A stretch of DNA of 52,520 bases, taken from NCBI GenBank assembly GCA_044376435.1, contig JBILKX010000003.1, positions 1 through 52,520 on the forward strand, in the 5' to 3' direction. The notes under the pieces are model-generated. The model saw only the letters and a list, made by a program, of their open reading frames with translations. It was not told the DNA's origin and ran no database searches. Each line of letters starts with the position of its first letter. Within the stretch, counting starts at the first letter, position 1. This DNA is from Alphaproteobacteria bacterium. GTDB taxonomy: Bacteria > Pseudomonadota > Alphaproteobacteria > JBILKX01. Both the position numbers and the translations under genes were made by a program. This document shows positions 8,725 to 21,139 of this stretch, in pieces.

Positions 8725-10755
8725 ATGACATTGAATCTTCGATTGAAAGGCAAACTGATCACACTGCTGCAAGTTGTTGCTTTACTCCCGTCTTTGTTGA
8801 TTTTAGGTATTTTCGAGTGGCAGAAAATGCATCTTAAAGAAGAAGAAAATCAGCAACTGCTTGATTATGCCGGTCAAGTAATGAAGTATATCGATAAAGT
8901 CATTTACAGCTCGATTTTATTTGTTTCGCAAAAAGCTTTAAATCTTAAGGGTAAGACACCGACCGATTGGGAACAACAAAAAGACGTCATTATACGCGAC
9001 CTCAACGGTATTCTCGAATCCAACAACTTTTATCAGTATGCGCTGATTGTTAATGACGAAGGTAAAGTGCTATATGCAGCAAATGAATCCGCTGATGCCA
9101 AACCAATTAATGCTGCACCGGTCTATAACACAAACTTTAAGGATAGTATGTGGTTTCAAGCCATCAAAAATGGGAAGACGTTGAAAAGCGAAAATCAGCA
9201 CTATCCTGAAGTCGCTGTCGTAGGATTTGAAGATTCGCCGGTTTTAGAGGAAGCGTTGGGAGTAGAGCATGTGAATCCACTGCCTGTGGCGGCTAAAATT
9301 TTGGATAGTCATGGGCGCTTTGTTGGCGCGCTTGTCTTATTTATTGACTATCGCTACTTCCGTGAACATCACAATGATCTGCTGGAAACACTCAAGTCAC
9401 GTACTATGCCGGGCGGTGATCTATTCCTGATGGATCACGAGGGCACGATGCAGCTGAATAGTAATCTTGCTAAGATTGAATCGAAAATAGAGCATGATAG
9501 TCAAGAAGGGAGCCGCAATTTAGTCAAGGACGGCTACAAGCCTGCCCTTGCTGCAGCAGAGGGGAAAAAAGGAACAGAATCGGCTAAACTTAGTAATGGT
9601 CAGGTAATTACTGTGGCACACTATCCTAGTCAGGGATACCAAACGTTTAAGGGGCTGGGCTGGTCAACTTTAGTACAGATCCCCGCCAAAGAGCTGTATG
9701 CTGATCTCGATAGGCTCGAGCTCAATATTTTGATTAGTATCTTAATTTGCGCCATAGGTATTGCGATTATTGGGCAAATATTTGCGAGCCGTAGTGCGCG
9801 CACCGTTCAGGAATTAACAGATGTGATTGAGAATTTGGCACATAATCAGAGTGACATGGAGATTCCATCTCAAGATAGGACGGATGAGTTTGGCGATATC
9901 GCGCGTGCGGCGGTTGTGTTTAAAGGCAATATCGTGCGCATTCAGCAGCTAGACGATGAAAAACGCAAAGAGACGGAGCGCTTTAAAGGGATGCTGGGCG
10001 AAATTATTCAAAATGCACAAACAGCTTTTGAATCCGTACAAACGATGGCGCGTAATGCCACAGAAATGAAAGAGCTTGGCACTAATATTCAGGGTGTGAC
10101 ACGTGTATCTAGCAGCAATGTCGAAGGCGTCGCCGCGGCTACAGAAGAGTTGTCAATGTCGATCCAGGAGATTAGTAGCCAGGTGTCCCAGGCCGCACAA
10201 GTGAGCCAGGTGGCGGTTAAAAAAGCTGAAAGTACGAATCAGACGGTACAACAACTTGCCCAGTCGGCAGGGAAGATTGGTGACGTCATTAACCTGATCT
10301 CCGATATTGCCGAGCAAACGAACCTCCTGGCGTTGAACGCAACAATTGAAGCCGCGCGGGCTGGCGAAGCTGGTAAAGGCTTCGCAGTGGTTGCAGCTGA
10401 GGTCAAAAATCTGGCGAACCAAACAACCAAGGCGACAGAGGACATTACAACGCAAATCAATGGCATTCAAGGCACAACCGATCAGGCGGTAAGCGCTATT
10501 GAAGAAATTAGCAAAACCATTCGCGATATTGATGGCATCTCGTCTTCGATTGCCGCTGCCGTTGAGGAACAAGGGTCTGCTACAGGTGAAATAAGCCGCA
10601 ATACGCAACAAGCGGCGCAAAGTACCCGTGAAGTCGATGCGCAAATGGTGACGCTCAACACAGAAACAACGCAAATTGATCAATTAGCCAGCGATGTGCA
10701 AGCAAAGATTCAATTAATGATCAATCAGACACAAGAAATCCGCGATAAACTTTAA
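8725..10755 (+). CDS. Methyl-accepting chemotaxis protein (TM-periplasmic sensor-TM-HAMP-signalling domain)
   Basis: [37 protein letters not shown] hairpin, [13 protein letters not shown] and two TM helices. Confidence 0.95.
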   Translation: MTLNLRLKGKLITLLQVVALLPSLLILGIFEWQKMHLKEEENQQLLDYAGQVMKYIDKVIYSSILFVSQKALNLKGKTPTDWEQQKDVIIRDLNGILESNNFYQYALIVNDEGKVLYAANESADAKPINAAPVYNTNFKDSMWFQAIKNGKTLKSENQHYPEVAVVGFEDSPVLEEALGVEHVNPLPVAAKILDSHGRFVGALVLFIDYRYFREHHNDLLETLKSRTMPGGDLFLMDHEGTMQLNSNLAKIESKIEHDSQEGSRNLVKDGYKPALAAAEGKKGTESAKLSNGQVITVAHYPSQGYQTFKGLGWSTLVQIPAKELYADLDRLELNILISILICAIGIAIIGQIFASRSARTVQELTDVIENLAHNQSDMEIPSQDRTDEFGDIARAAVVFKGNIVRIQQLDDEKRKETERFKGMLGEIIQNAQTAFESVQTMARNATEMKELGTNIQGVTRVSSSNVEGVAAATEELSMSIQEISSQVSQAAQVSQVAVKKAESTNQTVQQLAQSAGKIGDVINLISDIAEQTNLLALNATIEAARAGEAGKGFAVVAAEVKNLANQTTKATEDITTQINGIQGTTDQAVSAIEEISKTIRDIDGISSSIAAAVEEQGSATGEISRNTQQAAQSTREVDAQMVTLNTETTQIDQLASDVQAKIQLMINQTQEIRDKL

Positions 10756-10784
10756 CAAGCTAAGAAACTTTAGGGGAGTCAATT

Positions 10785-12821
10785 ATGAAATTTGTCAATA
10801 GCCTGCGCATTAAGCACAAGCTAACATCTTTGTTGATTACCTTTGGGGTTATGCCGTCCTTATTGATTATGGGGGTATTTGAAGTTCAGAAAAATCATTT
10901 AGCGTTAAATTCTGATGAGAATGTGTTGCAAATTTCGAAAGATGTCCTGGAGCGGATTGATGCAACTTTAGCTAATGCGTATCAATACTTAAGCCAATTT
11001 AGCTCTAATCATACTTTGCATGAAGAAGCAAATTGGACAAAAAACAATTCAGAGCTGACAGATCTTCTTAATACCATCGTTAGCTCAAGTCTTTTTTACC
11101 AATATGCTCTTGTTGTCGATGCGGATGGAAAGATGCTCAGCGGTTGCACAAAAGGGCCGAATGGCGAGGCTTATGACCCAACGGCAGCATTTGCTGAAGA
11201 TTTCAAAAAATATCAGTGGTTCAAACTCTCTCAAGAAAAAGAGTTCATCAAAGATAGCCAAGGCAAATCAACAAATATGGTGATTAAACACTTTGAAGAT
11301 TCCGAATTTTTGGAAGCGATTTTAAAAAAACCCCATGTATATTCAATTCCGTTTACATTGCAAATAACGAACAAAGAACACAAGGTTTTAGGATATTTAG
11401 TTGTGTATCTTGATGGTGAGTATTTGCGGTCCATTTTTCAAGACGTTTTAAAAAGACTCTCAGAGCAAGGGTTAGGGCGCACTGAGCTCGATATCATTGA
11501 TACAAAAGGCCTTGTGCTATTAGCTGGGACGGCAAATTCTGCAGAGGAAGCAGAACGCAGAAAAACAGAGGGCGTTTTAAATATGGTAGAAAGCGGCTCA
11601 AAAGTAGCCGAAATCGCTACTAGCGGTAAGGAAGGGATTCTACATTTCCCCCACTATCGGACGCAGGAGCCAACAATCGTCGGATATGCCCATAGCCACG
11701 GGTATAAAAGTTTTCCAGGGTTAGGTTGGTCAGTATTGGTACGCGCGTATGCGGATGAAGTCTACGCTGATTTGAATGCGATTGAAAAAAACATGATTAT
11801 TGCGATCCTGGTATGTTTAATAATCACAACGATGATAGGTTTATTTCTTTCTACGGCCCTTTCGGGGACGATCCGCCGTTTAGGAAAAGCAGTTCAAGAC
11901 TTGTCGTCAGGAAATGTTGAGATAGAAATTCCGATGCAAGATCGCGGCGATGAGCTGGGTGAAATTGCCCGGTCTGTCGTCGTTTTTAAGGAAAATGCTG
12001 TAAAAGTTAAAGCCCATGAAGTCGAAAAACAGCGAGAAGTACAACGTTTCCGCGATATGTTAAAAGAGATTATAGATAATGCGCAAAAAGTGTTTGAGTC
12101 AGTCCAGGCCATGGCGAGTAATTCTCGCCAGATGCGCGATCTTGGGAATAAAGTACAGGATGTGACGCGCACATCAAGTAATAACGTTGAGAGTGTTGCC
12201 GCGGCAACAGAAGAGCTGTCGATGTCAATTCAAGAGATTAGTAGTCAAGTTTCTCAAGCGGCGCAAGTCAGTCAGATTGCAGTTAAAAAAGCTGAAAACA
12301 CGAATAACACTGTACAACAACTGGCACAGGCTGCGGGCAAGATTGGTGATGTGATTAGCCTGATTTCTGACATTGCGGAGCAAACCAACTTATTAGCATT
12401 AAACGCCACCATTGAAGCAGCCCGTGCTGGGGAAGCAGGCAAAGGCTTTGCTGTTGTTGCTGCGGAGGTCAAGAATTTAGCAAACCAAACGACGAAAGCT
12501 ACTGAGGATATCACAGTACAAATTAGTGCGATTCAAAGCTCAACGGATCAATCAGTCTTAGCTATTGAAGAAATTAGCAAAACCATTCGCGATATGGATG
12601 GAATTGCGTCATCGATTGCAGCAGCGGTCGAAGAGCAAGGGTCAGCAACTGGTGAGATTAGTAGCAATACCCAGCAAGCTGCCCAGAGTACGCGCGAGGT
12701 TGATGGTCAGATGCAAGTCCTCACGACTGAAGTAGAGCAGATCAATGGGCTTTCATCTGAAGTGCAATCGAAAGTACAAGAAATGATTCAACAGGTACAG
12801 GAAATCCGTGAGCGTCTCTAG
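10785..12821 (+). CDS. Methyl-accepting chemotaxis protein, tandem paralogue
   Basis: Same hairpin motif and [13 protein letters not shown]. It shares the GY..F.GLGWS.LV sensor motif with the upstream MCP. AGGGGAG SD. Confidence 0.95.
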   Translation: MKFVNSLRIKHKLTSLLITFGVMPSLLIMGVFEVQKNHLALNSDENVLQISKDVLERIDATLANAYQYLSQFSSNHTLHEEANWTKNNSELTDLLNTIVSSSLFYQYALVVDADGKMLSGCTKGPNGEAYDPTAAFAEDFKKYQWFKLSQEKEFIKDSQGKSTNMVIKHFEDSEFLEAILKKPHVYSIPFTLQITNKEHKVLGYLVVYLDGEYLRSIFQDVLKRLSEQGLGRTELDIIDTKGLVLLAGTANSAEEAERRKTEGVLNMVESGSKVAEIATSGKEGILHFPHYRTQEPTIVGYAHSHGYKSFPGLGWSVLVRAYADEVYADLNAIEKNMIIAILVCLIITTMIGLFLSTALSGTIRRLGKAVQDLSSGNVEIEIPMQDRGDELGEIARSVVVFKENAVKVKAHEVEKQREVQRFRDMLKEIIDNAQKVFESVQAMASNSRQMRDLGNKVQDVTRTSSNNVESVAAATEELSMSIQEISSQVSQAAQVSQIAVKKAENTNNTVQQLAQAAGKIGDVISLISDIAEQTNLLALNATIEAARAGEAGKGFAVVAAEVKNLANQTTKATEDITVQISAIQSSTDQSVLAIEEISKTIRDMDGIASSIAAAVEEQGSATGEISSNTQQAAQSTREVDGQMQVLTTEVEQINGLSSEVQSKVQEMIQQVQEIRERL

Positions 12822-12824
12822 GAA

Positions 12825-15800
12825 ATGTATACCATTATAAAAACTCTCTTCGTAATGCTCCTGACTTTTGAGGCATATGCCGGGACAGGCGGGGGGCAAA
12901 AACCAAGCTCCCCGCCTCAGCAGCCGTCGCCTCAGGTGCCGCCTGCATCACCATCGGAAACTCTACCACAACCTTCTCCTACACCGGCGGCTGTACCACC
13001 TGCCCCCGCTAATGGGACGACTCAACCCAGTCCGAATAATGCGTTGCAAAACCCGCTAGCGTGGGGCGGCGCTGTGGCCTTGGGCGGCCTTGGGATCGGT
13101 TCCGTGGTTGTTGGGCTTGGCATCAATAAGTTCATGGATCAAAGACTTGCACCAGCTTTGGTGCAAGTGGGTGAAAGCGTCGGTGATAAGGTTGTCAATA
13201 AGGTTGATGAACGAGTCCTCCAAGGTGTCGGAAATATGCTCAAAAACTCAGGGGCCAGTTACGCTCATAATGCTAAGTTCATCGTTGATGCGGCAGGCCA
13301 ACCCCTACAGTTTGTCATACAAGAAAATGGTGAGTGTAGGCAGTTACCCGCTGATCAGGCTGTTGATCCTCAGCATATATACCGAGTGAAACAAGTAGGT
13401 AATGACTTGCGCGTTGTCAATAGCGCAGAGAATGTGGTCGATAACCTGTCGCCCGCTACCATGGATAAAGTCTACACTTATGTCCACCAGAACGCACAGA
13501 TTTCAAAGAATGCTGTACGAGTGTTGAGTGAAACAATAGCTGAAAAAGTCGTCACAGTTGCCGATCAAAGGCTCGGTCAACCCCTTGAGAAGATCATCAC
13601 TAGTTCAGGCGTTGGTTATCATCATAATGCGACATATATTTTGAATAATCGTGGTGAAACTTTAGAATTTTCTGTAGGGGATGATGGCAGAATCATTGGC
13701 CCTGCTGAGGGGCGTCCTGTATACCGAGTCAAGCAGCAGGGTGGGGAGTTGGTGGCCGTAGATTTAAACGGACAGGAGGCAGCAATACATGCTGAGGCGT
13801 TGAGAGCGCTCCCGAATTATGTGCATCAGCATGCGGTGCGCTCGGAGACGGCGCTGCAGGTGATTACGAAACAAGCAGCAGCACCCCTCGTGGATATTGC
13901 CAAGAGGGATATCGTGGTGCCACTGATGACAAGCCTGAACGATAATAATATTAAATTTCTGCACATTGGCAATCGCATGCTCGATCAAACAGGGAAGGTT
14001 CTAGAGTTTACAGAGCAAGAGGGCGCGGTTGTGCCGGTGCAAGAGAATCTGGATCCTAACACGAGCAGATATCAGGTTCAGCAGGTCGACAATGGTCAAA
14101 TCAAAGTATTTGACCATACAGGTCAGGACTGTACCAACCAATTTCAAGGCGAAAGGCTCAAGCGTGTACAAAACTATATGAGCAATCATGGGTTAAAGCC
14201 TGAGAGTGCAGTGCAGATTATTACCAAGACACTGACTGGCGAGGTTAGAAGCACTGTAGAGCAGATTGTGCAAAAAGATATTAAACCTTTAATAGAGCCA
14301 TTTATAAAATCTCTCACCTCAAAAATCCCGGCGTATCGAACGAGTCTACTCGGAAATAAAAACTTACTGGTGGATAAGGAGAACAACCCTCTTAAAATCC
14401 CTATGGAAGGCCCAACGTTACAGCTGCGACGGAAACAAGTGGAGGGAGTAGAGGAGTTTGAGTTTGTGAAAAGTGGGGAGGTCATACAACCTACGGGACA
14501 TCTTACTGAGACGTTGGCAAGGCTTAAAAAACTGCCAAAAGATTCTCTCACGTGGTCTGAAAACATATTGTCAGAAGGGGGGAAGCCGCGCACTTTTTTT
14601 GAGGATGCTTCTGGGCGTGGGGAGAATTTTTACCATGTGCGGGTGAACGATAATGAAATTCAATTCCTTGATCATAATAAGCAGCCCGTTGTGCTGCAGG
14701 ACAATTTCAAACCACAGGCGGAAAGGTTTCTCAGGGATCATGCGCCCCTCGCAGATAATGCATTTGGTCCGATTGTTGATCGTGTGATGGAGAAGATTCA
14801 GGTAGAAAAAATTACCCAGGAACTTGTCCCTAAAGTGAAGGAAATATTGGACAAGGGACAGGCGCAGATTGCACCGACGCTGGCGAGTTTACAGACCATC
14901 ATTAAAGATAAAATTGAGCCTTTAATACAAAATCATGTGGACCCTTTGATTAAGGATCTCGCAAAATTTGCCGTGGGTCCGACCTCAGTGCTGGCTCAAA
15001 CCCAAGCGGCGGTGAATCATATTTCCGGATTGTTAGGGTTAGATATGGTGACGGTCTCGATAGATGCGGATCTTCAGAAAATTACCAATAATATAAAAAC
15101 TTCCAATACATCTTTAGAGCTGCAGCTCATGGTCGAGCATGAGATGCAGAAGTTCGATAAGACAGCTGCCGAGCTTGCGAGCGGCAATGAAAACGCTGTT
15201 GCGAAATTTGAAGCATTTAGGAAAACAGGTGTTGATAGTCAAGGCTACAAGTCTCTCGATATAAGTGGAAAAACAAACTTTAGAAAAGAGTTTGCAAAAT
15301 ATGAGAACTACCGCGGTCAGTTAATGCATCAGCTCAAGGCAGCGTTAGAAAGTCATGCGCTCAAGAATACCGTATACCATAAAGACCTCATGTTAAAACT
15401 ACAGAAAGGTGTTGAGGCAGCTAATGAGATGCATAGTATTACCCATCCGTCTGGTGGGTATGTGGTGTCTGCAAACTCCTTTAAGCAAGCGGCCATTCCT
15501 GAAGAAAAGCCACTACTGGAGTATACAAAAAAGTTTGCAATAGAATCAACGACCCAAAGTAGCGGATGGTTTGGCTCCATGTGGGCGTCTACTCCCTCTT
15601 CTACAAAAACAGATAAAGAATCAGAGGGTCCCAACATAATCCAAATGCTCAACAAGCATGGCCTCGCAGAGGTGGTGCGGCCAGTTTTCAATCAGACTGT
15701 CAGCGAAGATCTAAAGGATCTGCAGAAGAATTCGGAAGTTAAGCCGGCGCTCTTTAATCGAGTATTCGATCATCTCATGACCCAGCACCTGGAAGGCAAA

Positions 15801-16265
15801 TTGTCGACACCTCCTCTGGATAAAGACAATCCCCATGAGGCTTTGGTACATCTTGCGGATAAAGACAAGTTAGGCCACTACCAAGCGGCTGCACAGTATA
15901 AAGCTTCGATCCATCAGCTTATTAAACTTGCTGAGCAACATCAGTCGTCTCTCCCCCCAACCTCTGAAAAGCCCGAGATCACAGGCGGAAAACAAGAAGT
16001 GTCGACGATGGAGGAGAAAGTGGCGGCGCCCGCCAAAGCCGAAAGCCATTTTACGCCAGACGCTTTACGTAAGCGCTTTGCAGATGTGCCGTGGCATGAT
16101 CCCAAAAAAACAGCGGCTCATCTAGACAAGCATCTGCAGGAATTACAAAAATTACCAGAATATCACACCATGAACCAAACAGGGCTGACTAAGACACCTC
16201 ACCCGATTGTCGAACATATCACCCAGATGCATGAGATGATCAAGAATACCTCTCCCCGATCCTGA
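12825..16265 (+). CDS. Large orphan protein: signal peptide, Pro-rich linker, TM helix, about four ~115-aa internal repeats, helical C-terminal half
   Basis: 1146-aa ORF. MYTIIKTLFVMLLTFEAYA; PSSPPQQPSPQVPP; LAWGGAVALGGLGIGSVVVGLGI; repeated H-N-x5-D-x2-G-x2-L-x-F ... YRVKQ ... YVHQ. Confidence 0.85.
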   Translation: MYTIIKTLFVMLLTFEAYAGTGGGQKPSSPPQQPSPQVPPASPSETLPQPSPTPAAVPPAPANGTTQPSPNNALQNPLAWGGAVALGGLGIGSVVVGLGINKFMDQRLAPALVQVGESVGDKVVNKVDERVLQGVGNMLKNSGASYAHNAKFIVDAAGQPLQFVIQENGECRQLPADQAVDPQHIYRVKQVGNDLRVVNSAENVVDNLSPATMDKVYTYVHQNAQISKNAVRVLSETIAEKVVTVADQRLGQPLEKIITSSGVGYHHNATYILNNRGETLEFSVGDDGRIIGPAEGRPVYRVKQQGGELVAVDLNGQEAAIHAEALRALPNYVHQHAVRSETALQVITKQAAAPLVDIAKRDIVVPLMTSLNDNNIKFLHIGNRMLDQTGKVLEFTEQEGAVVPVQENLDPNTSRYQVQQVDNGQIKVFDHTGQDCTNQFQGERLKRVQNYMSNHGLKPESAVQIITKTLTGEVRSTVEQIVQKDIKPLIEPFIKSLTSKIPAYRTSLLGNKNLLVDKENNPLKIPMEGPTLQLRRKQVEGVEEFEFVKSGEVIQPTGHLTETLARLKKLPKDSLTWSENILSEGGKPRTFFEDASGRGENFYHVRVNDNEIQFLDHNKQPVVLQDNFKPQAERFLRDHAPLADNAFGPIVDRVMEKIQVEKITQELVPKVKEILDKGQAQIAPTLASLQTIIKDKIEPLIQNHVDPLIKDLAKFAVGPTSVLAQTQAAVNHISGLLGLDMVTVSIDADLQKITNNIKTSNTSLELQLMVEHEMQKFDKTAAELASGNENAVAKFEAFRKTGVDSQGYKSLDISGKTNFRKEFAKYENYRGQLMHQLKAALESHALKNTVYHKDLMLKLQKGVEAANEMHSITHPSGGYVVSANSFKQAAIPEEKPLLEYTKKFAIESTTQSSGWFGSMWASTPSSTKTDKESEGPNIIQMLNKHGLAEVVRPVFNQTVSEDLKDLQKNSEVKPALFNRVFDHLMTQHLEGKLSTPPLDKDNPHEALVHLADKDKLGHYQAAAQYKASIHQLIKLAEQHQSSLPPTSEKPEITGGKQEVSTMEEKVAAPAKAESHFTPDALRKRFADVPWHDPKKTAAHLDKHLQELQKLPEYHTMNQTGLTKTPHPIVEHITQMHEMIKNTSPRS

Positions 16266-16279
16266 AGGGGTCTCGCACC

Positions 16280-17638
16280 CTAATTACCCGCCTTGGCTTT
16301 GAGCATTTTTTCAAGCCAATGAATATCGTACTCACCCTTGATGACATCGGGGTGAGCGGCAAGATCACGATGCAGCGGCAGAATGGTCTCAATCCCATGA
16401 ATGACGTACTCTTGCAGGGCGCGGCGTGTCCGCGCCAGGCACTGGGAGCGATCATTGCCATGCACAATAAGCTTTGCCACCAAGCTGTCGTAATAGGGCG
16501 GAATCGTATAGCCCGTATACACCGGACTATCGACGCGGACACCAATTCCCCCGGGCGCATGATAGCTGAGGATCTTACCAGGGGAGGGGATAAACGTTTC
16601 TGCATGCTCAGCATTGACGCGACATTCAATGGCATGGCCGCGGAACACAATATCTTCCTGTCGAAACGCAAGGGGTAAGCCGGCAGCGACTTTGATTTGT
16701 TCTTGCACCAAGTCGATCCCGGTGATCATTTCCGTAATCGGATGCTCGACCTGGAGGCGCGTATTCATTTCAATAAAATAAAACTCGCCATTCTCATAGA
16801 GAAACTCAATCGTGCCAACACCCCGGTAGCGCATTTTGCGCATCGCGGCGGCCACAGTATTGCCGAGCTCGGCGCGTTGATCGGGGCTCAGCGCCGGTGA
16901 AGGGGCTTCTTCCCATACTTTTTGGTGGCGGCGCTGAATTGAGCAATCGCGTTCACCAAGATGGATGGCATTGCCATGGGCATCAGCCAGCACCTGAACC
17001 TCGATATGTCGGGGAAGCCGCAAGTATTTTTCCATGTAAACGGCATCATTGCCGAAATTGGCTGCGGCCTCAGCGCGGGCCAGACGCAAAGCTTGGGGGA
17101 GCTCTTCAGGACTTTGGGCCACCTTCATGCCTTTGCCACCGCCACCGCTGGCAGCTTTAATGAGCACGGGATAGCCAATCTCTGCGGCCAGGGCTAACGC
17201 TTCTGCTTCATGGGTAATAGCCCCTTCCGACCCTGGGACCACGGGGAGCCCAAGCTCCTTCGCGGTTTCCTTGGCGCGAATTTTATCGCCCATCACCGAA
17301 ATATGCTCAGGGGTTGGGCCAATAAACGTAAAGCCATGCTCTTCAACAATGCTGGCAAAATTCGCATTCTCCGACAAAAAACCAACACCGGGGTGGATGG
17401 CGTCAACCCCCGAAATGGTGGCGGCTGATAGAATCGCCGGGATGTTTAAATAGCTCTCACGCGAGGGCGCTTCACCAATGCAGACACTTTCGTCAGCCAA
17501 GCGCACGTGCATCGCTTCCGCATCGGCTGTCGAATGAATAGCCACGGTTTTGATGCCAAGGTCACGGCAGGCACGCTGGATGCGTAAGGCGACTTCGCCG
17601 CGATTGGCAATGAGAATCTTTTCAAACATGTGCGTCAT
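16280..17638 (-). CDS. accC: Acetyl-CoA carboxylase, biotin carboxylase subunit
   Basis: KILIANRGEVALR, GGGGKGM, ERDCSIQRRHQK and EMNTRLQVEHP motifs. Confidence 0.97.
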   Translation of the reverse strand: MTHMFEKILIANRGEVALRIQRACRDLGIKTVAIHSTADAEAMHVRLADESVCIGEAPSRESYLNIPAILSAATISGVDAIHPGVGFLSENANFASIVEEHGFTFIGPTPEHISVMGDKIRAKETAKELGLPVVPGSEGAITHEAEALALAAEIGYPVLIKAASGGGGKGMKVAQSPEELPQALRLARAEAAANFGNDAVYMEKYLRLPRHIEVQVLADAHGNAIHLGERDCSIQRRHQKVWEEAPSPALSPDQRAELGNTVAAAMRKMRYRGVGTIEFLYENGEFYFIEMNTRLQVEHPITEMITGIDLVQEQIKVAAGLPLAFRQEDIVFRGHAIECRVNAEHAETFIPSPGKILSYHAPGGIGVRVDSPVYTGYTIPPYYDSLVAKLIVHGNDRSQCLARTRRALQEYVIHGIETILPLHRDLAAHPDVIKGEYDIHWLEKMLKAKAGN

Positions 17639-17640
17639 CC

Positions 17641-18096
17641 TTACTCAATAATCATCAAAACTTCACCAAATTCTACCGGTGAGGCATCTTTGACGAGGAC
17701 TTGGCTGATTTTACCAGAGCGCGATGCCCGGATCGGGTTCATCACCTTCATAGATTCGATGATCAGTAACGTATCGCCCTGATTGACTATGTCGCCTGCC
17801 TTGACAAACGCCGCTGCCCCTGGTTCAGGTGCAAGATAGGCGGTGCCAACCATAGGCGATTCAACCGCGCCAGGATGTTTGACACTCTTATCGGTTAATG
17901 GCGCCGCACTGGGGTTATTATAATCAACGGCATGATGATGCATTGCCATCATGGGGGGGGCGATCACTTGAGGACTTTGGCGTGCCACACGAATCCGGTG
18001 GTTATCGACGGCATATTCAATCTCGTTGAGTTCGGTCTCAATAAGAACTTGGGCAAGGGCTTTGATGGCATCTTGATCAATGGTGAATTTAGACAT
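17641..18096 (-). CDS. accB: Biotin carboxyl carrier protein
   Basis: SPMVGTAY and ESMKVMN biotinylation motif; directly upstream of accC. Confidence 0.96.
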   Translation of the reverse strand: MSKFTIDQDAIKALAQVLIETELNEIEYAVDNHRIRVARQSPQVIAPPMMAMHHHAVDYNNPSAAPLTDKSVKHPGAVESPMVGTAYLAPEPGAAAFVKAGDIVNQGDTLLIIESMKVMNPIRASRSGKISQVLVKDASPVEFGEVLMIIE

Positions 18097-18153
18097 ATTG
18101 GTAATCCTCTTTTCTAGTAACTATCTTCATATGCATGATTTTGGGTTGGGGGG

Positions 18154-20217
18154 TTATCCTTCCAGCTCCTTAATATTTAAAACGGGTCTCACTAAATCAC
18201 GTGCAGCTTTCAATAAGGCCAAACGATTAAGGCGTAAGGCGTGATCGGGACTGTTCACAATAACCGTTTCAAAGAACTCGGTAATCGCTGGGTGTAAAGC
18301 CACAAGCGTACGTAACCAGTTATGATAATCCTCAGACGTGAGCAGAGGCGTTTCTGGCCATACGATCGCACGCATACATTGCCAGAGATTTTTCTCAGCC
18401 GGCTCCGTAAGCGCGTCAGGATCAAGCGCATGGACGATGTCTTCTTGAGACGCACTGCTTAAAATATTTTCAACACGTCGCCACGCATGCACCATGGTTT
18501 GCCCCATAGCCGTGGGTAAGAATTCCCCCAGAGCTAAAGCACGGGTTTGTAAAATCCATGGGTCAAGACGTGTGTGGGCCTTTAAAATAGCTTCTACAAT
18601 ATCAAAGCGCACATTCAAAGCCCGCAGCGCCACCCGTAAACGTTCCCGGAAGAATTCCATAATCTGCGGCAAAATCTCTGGAGCGGGCGCAGCATATCCT
18701 GCTAAAGCCAATTCACAAAGCGCCTCAAGGTCAGTGGAGTGTTGGTTATCGATTAAGAGACGAATAATAGTTAACGCCGCCCGCCTCAGGGCAAAGGGAT
18801 CTTTTGATCCGGAAGGGACCTCCTGAATACTAAAAAAACCGGCCAAGGTATCGAGGCGGTCGGCCAGGGCGACAATAAGCGCAACCGCCCTAAGCTGTGG
18901 CGCAGGAGCGTATTGATTGCGAATGGCATCGCACACCTCAGGGGCCTCGCCGCTGTGCGCCGCATATATACTGCCAATGACGCCCTGGAGTTCTGGAAAC
19001 TCACCAACCATCGAGGTCACAAGATCAGCTTTTAGTAATGTTGCGGCACGATCAATGTGTTGGCGTTGATCAGGATCAGTAATGTTGAAAATTTCAGATA
19101 CCTTAGCCGCTAGGCGTTGTACGCGGTGTGTTTTACTTAGCATATCGCCAAGTTTGGTATGGAATGTGACCTTGGCGAGGGAGGTAACATAGCTCTCTAA
19201 AGAACGTTGTCGATCCTGAGTGTCAAAAAAGACGGCATCAGATAAGCGTGCTTTTAACACTCGTTCATTGCCGCGAATAATCAACGCCCCACCATCGGCA
19301 GGTGTTGTATTAATGATCGTCAAGAATTTAGGGCTAAGGTTACCGTGATGATCGATGAGCGAGAAGAATTTTTGGTGGTGACGCATGCTGGTGATGAGCA
19401 CAGGCGCGGGTAAGGTGAGAAACTCTGTGTCAATTTCCCCGACAAGGGCTTCTGGCCATTCGACTAAACCGGTAATTTCATCAAGGAGGATATCATCGTG
19501 ATGCAAGCGACACTGTGCTTTAATCGCCGCTGTTTCCGCCAAGTCCAGGATACGCTGGCGACGTTCTCGAGCGTCAACAATGACATAGCGCTGGGCGAGC
19601 TCGGTAAGATATTGGGTTAGGGAGGTGACTGTAAAAAGCTCTGGGGCTAAAAAACGATGGCCTTGGGTGGTGTTACCAACCACGACGTTCAGGAAAGGCA
19701 GCGTGACCGGCAAGGTGTGACCATTGTAGATGGCGAGAAGGCGGCGAATAGGTCGCACCCAAGTGAAGGATGACCCCGGCTGCCAACGCATGGACTTAGG
19801 CCAGCTCAAAGTTTGCAGAATATGTGGCACAAGCTCACCCAAGACACTTGCTACGGCGCGGGGAGCCTCAGTAATCTGGGCAAATAAAAACTCGCCTTTC
19901 GGGGTTTGTCGGCGCTCGCATTCGTCAAGCGTAATACCAGCGCTGCGGAGAAATCCATCGATCGCCGCAGCTGGAGCGTCACTCCGCGGGCCGCGGCGCT
20001 CTTCAGTGCGAGCGGAGGTTTGTTCGGAAAGATTGGTGATCATGAGGACAAGGCGCTGGGGCGTCACATGCGAGGTCAGCTCACCGAAAGTCACGCCGTG
20101 GGTGTCCAAAAACGTACGCGCGATCTCGCTTAAATCTTTTACCGCTTGGGCCTGAAAACGTGCAGGAATTTCTTCGCTAAAGATCTCGAAGAGAAACTCG
20201 GAAGCTTGTGTGGTCAT
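18154..20217 (-). CDS. glyS: Glycine-tRNA ligase beta subunit
   Basis: [33 protein letters not shown] and [10 protein letters not shown] motifs; overlaps the glyQ stop. Confidence 0.96.
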   Translation of the reverse strand: MTTQASEFLFEIFSEEIPARFQAQAVKDLSEIARTFLDTHGVTFGELTSHVTPQRLVLMITNLSEQTSARTEERRGPRSDAPAAAIDGFLRSAGITLDECERRQTPKGEFLFAQITEAPRAVASVLGELVPHILQTLSWPKSMRWQPGSSFTWVRPIRRLLAIYNGHTLPVTLPFLNVVVGNTTQGHRFLAPELFTVTSLTQYLTELAQRYVIVDARERRQRILDLAETAAIKAQCRLHHDDILLDEITGLVEWPEALVGEIDTEFLTLPAPVLITSMRHHQKFFSLIDHHGNLSPKFLTIINTTPADGGALIIRGNERVLKARLSDAVFFDTQDRQRSLESYVTSLAKVTFHTKLGDMLSKTHRVQRLAAKVSEIFNITDPDQRQHIDRAATLLKADLVTSMVGEFPELQGVIGSIYAAHSGEAPEVCDAIRNQYAPAPQLRAVALIVALADRLDTLAGFFSIQEVPSGSKDPFALRRAALTIIRLLIDNQHSTDLEALCELALAGYAAPAPEILPQIMEFFRERLRVALRALNVRFDIVEAILKAHTRLDPWILQTRALALGEFLPTAMGQTMVHAWRRVENILSSASQEDIVHALDPDALTEPAEKNLWQCMRAIVWPETPLLTSEDYHNWLRTLVALHPAITEFFETVIVNSPDHALRLNRLALLKAARDLVRPVLNIKELEG

Positions 20218-21086
20218 AGCGTCACCTCCGATTCGTCTGCGGCGAGCCAGGCCTGACAGCAGGCCTTGGCTAGGGCACGCACACGCGCGATATACCCGGC
20301 GCGCTCTGTCACGCTGATGACGCCACGCGCGTTAAGAACGTTAAAAATATGGCTGGCTTTTGCGCATTGCTCATAGGCCGGCAGGACAATGCCTTTCGCG
20401 GCCAGAGAGCGACTTTCGGTTTCCGCGTCTTTGAAATGCTGTTGCAAAATATCGGTGTCAGCTTCTTCAAAGTTATAAATCGAGAACTCTTTTTCGGCAC
20501 GATGGCACACGTCGCGATAGGTGAGCTTTAATGCATCCGTGCGGCCATTCCAATTGAGATCATACACATCGTCAATGCCTTGGATAAACATCGCCAGCCG
20601 CTCTAAGCCATAGGTCAGCTCAAGACATACAGGGTCACAGGGAAAGCCGCCCATTTGTTGAAAATACGTAAATTGCGATACTTCCATGCCGTCACACCAT
20701 ACCTCCCAACCGAGGCCAGATGCTCCTAGGGTTGGAGATTCCCAGTCATCCTCAACAAACCGGATATCGTGATTTGCAGAAGTAATACCGATAGCAGCTA
20801 AGCTTTGGAGGTAGAGATCTTGAGGGTTCTCAGGGCAGGGCTTAACGATGACTTGGTATTGATGGTGTTTGTGAAGACGGTTGGGATTATCCCCATAGCG
20901 CCCATCTGTAGGGCGTCGAGACGGCTGCACAAATGCGGCTCGCCAAGGGTCTGGACCCAAAGCCATAAGTGTTGTTGCCGGATGAAATGTGCCGGCGCCG
21001 ACTTCTAGGTCGTAGGGTTGCAAAATCACACAGCCCTGATTGGCCCAAAATTGTTGCAAGCGAAAGATAATCTCTTGAAACCCCAT
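20214..21086 (-). CDS. glyQ: Glycine-tRNA ligase alpha subunit
   Basis: [41 protein letters not shown] and [11 protein letters not shown] motifs. Confidence 0.97.
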   Translation of the reverse strand: MGFQEIIFRLQQFWANQGCVILQPYDLEVGAGTFHPATTLMALGPDPWRAAFVQPSRRPTDGRYGDNPNRLHKHHQYQVIVKPCPENPQDLYLQSLAAIGITSANHDIRFVEDDWESPTLGASGLGWEVWCDGMEVSQFTYFQQMGGFPCDPVCLELTYGLERLAMFIQGIDDVYDLNWNGRTDALKLTYRDVCHRAEKEFSIYNFEEADTDILQQHFKDAETESRSLAAKGIVLPAYEQCAKASHIFNVLNARGVISVTERAGYIARVRALAKACCQAWLAADESEVTL

Positions 21087-21139
21087 AACGCTGAATTCCT
21101 TATAAATCTATAACAACGCGTGATGAAAAGTTATACCCT

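Noticed and set aside
10100-12760. Recent gene conversion between the two MCP signalling domains
   Set aside because: The proteins are near-identical but synonymous positions differ throughout, which fits purifying selection.
16240-21008. Numerous short antisense or alternate-frame ORFs within acc, gly, putA and ettA
   Set aside because: These are shadows of well-supported genes with no motifs of their own.
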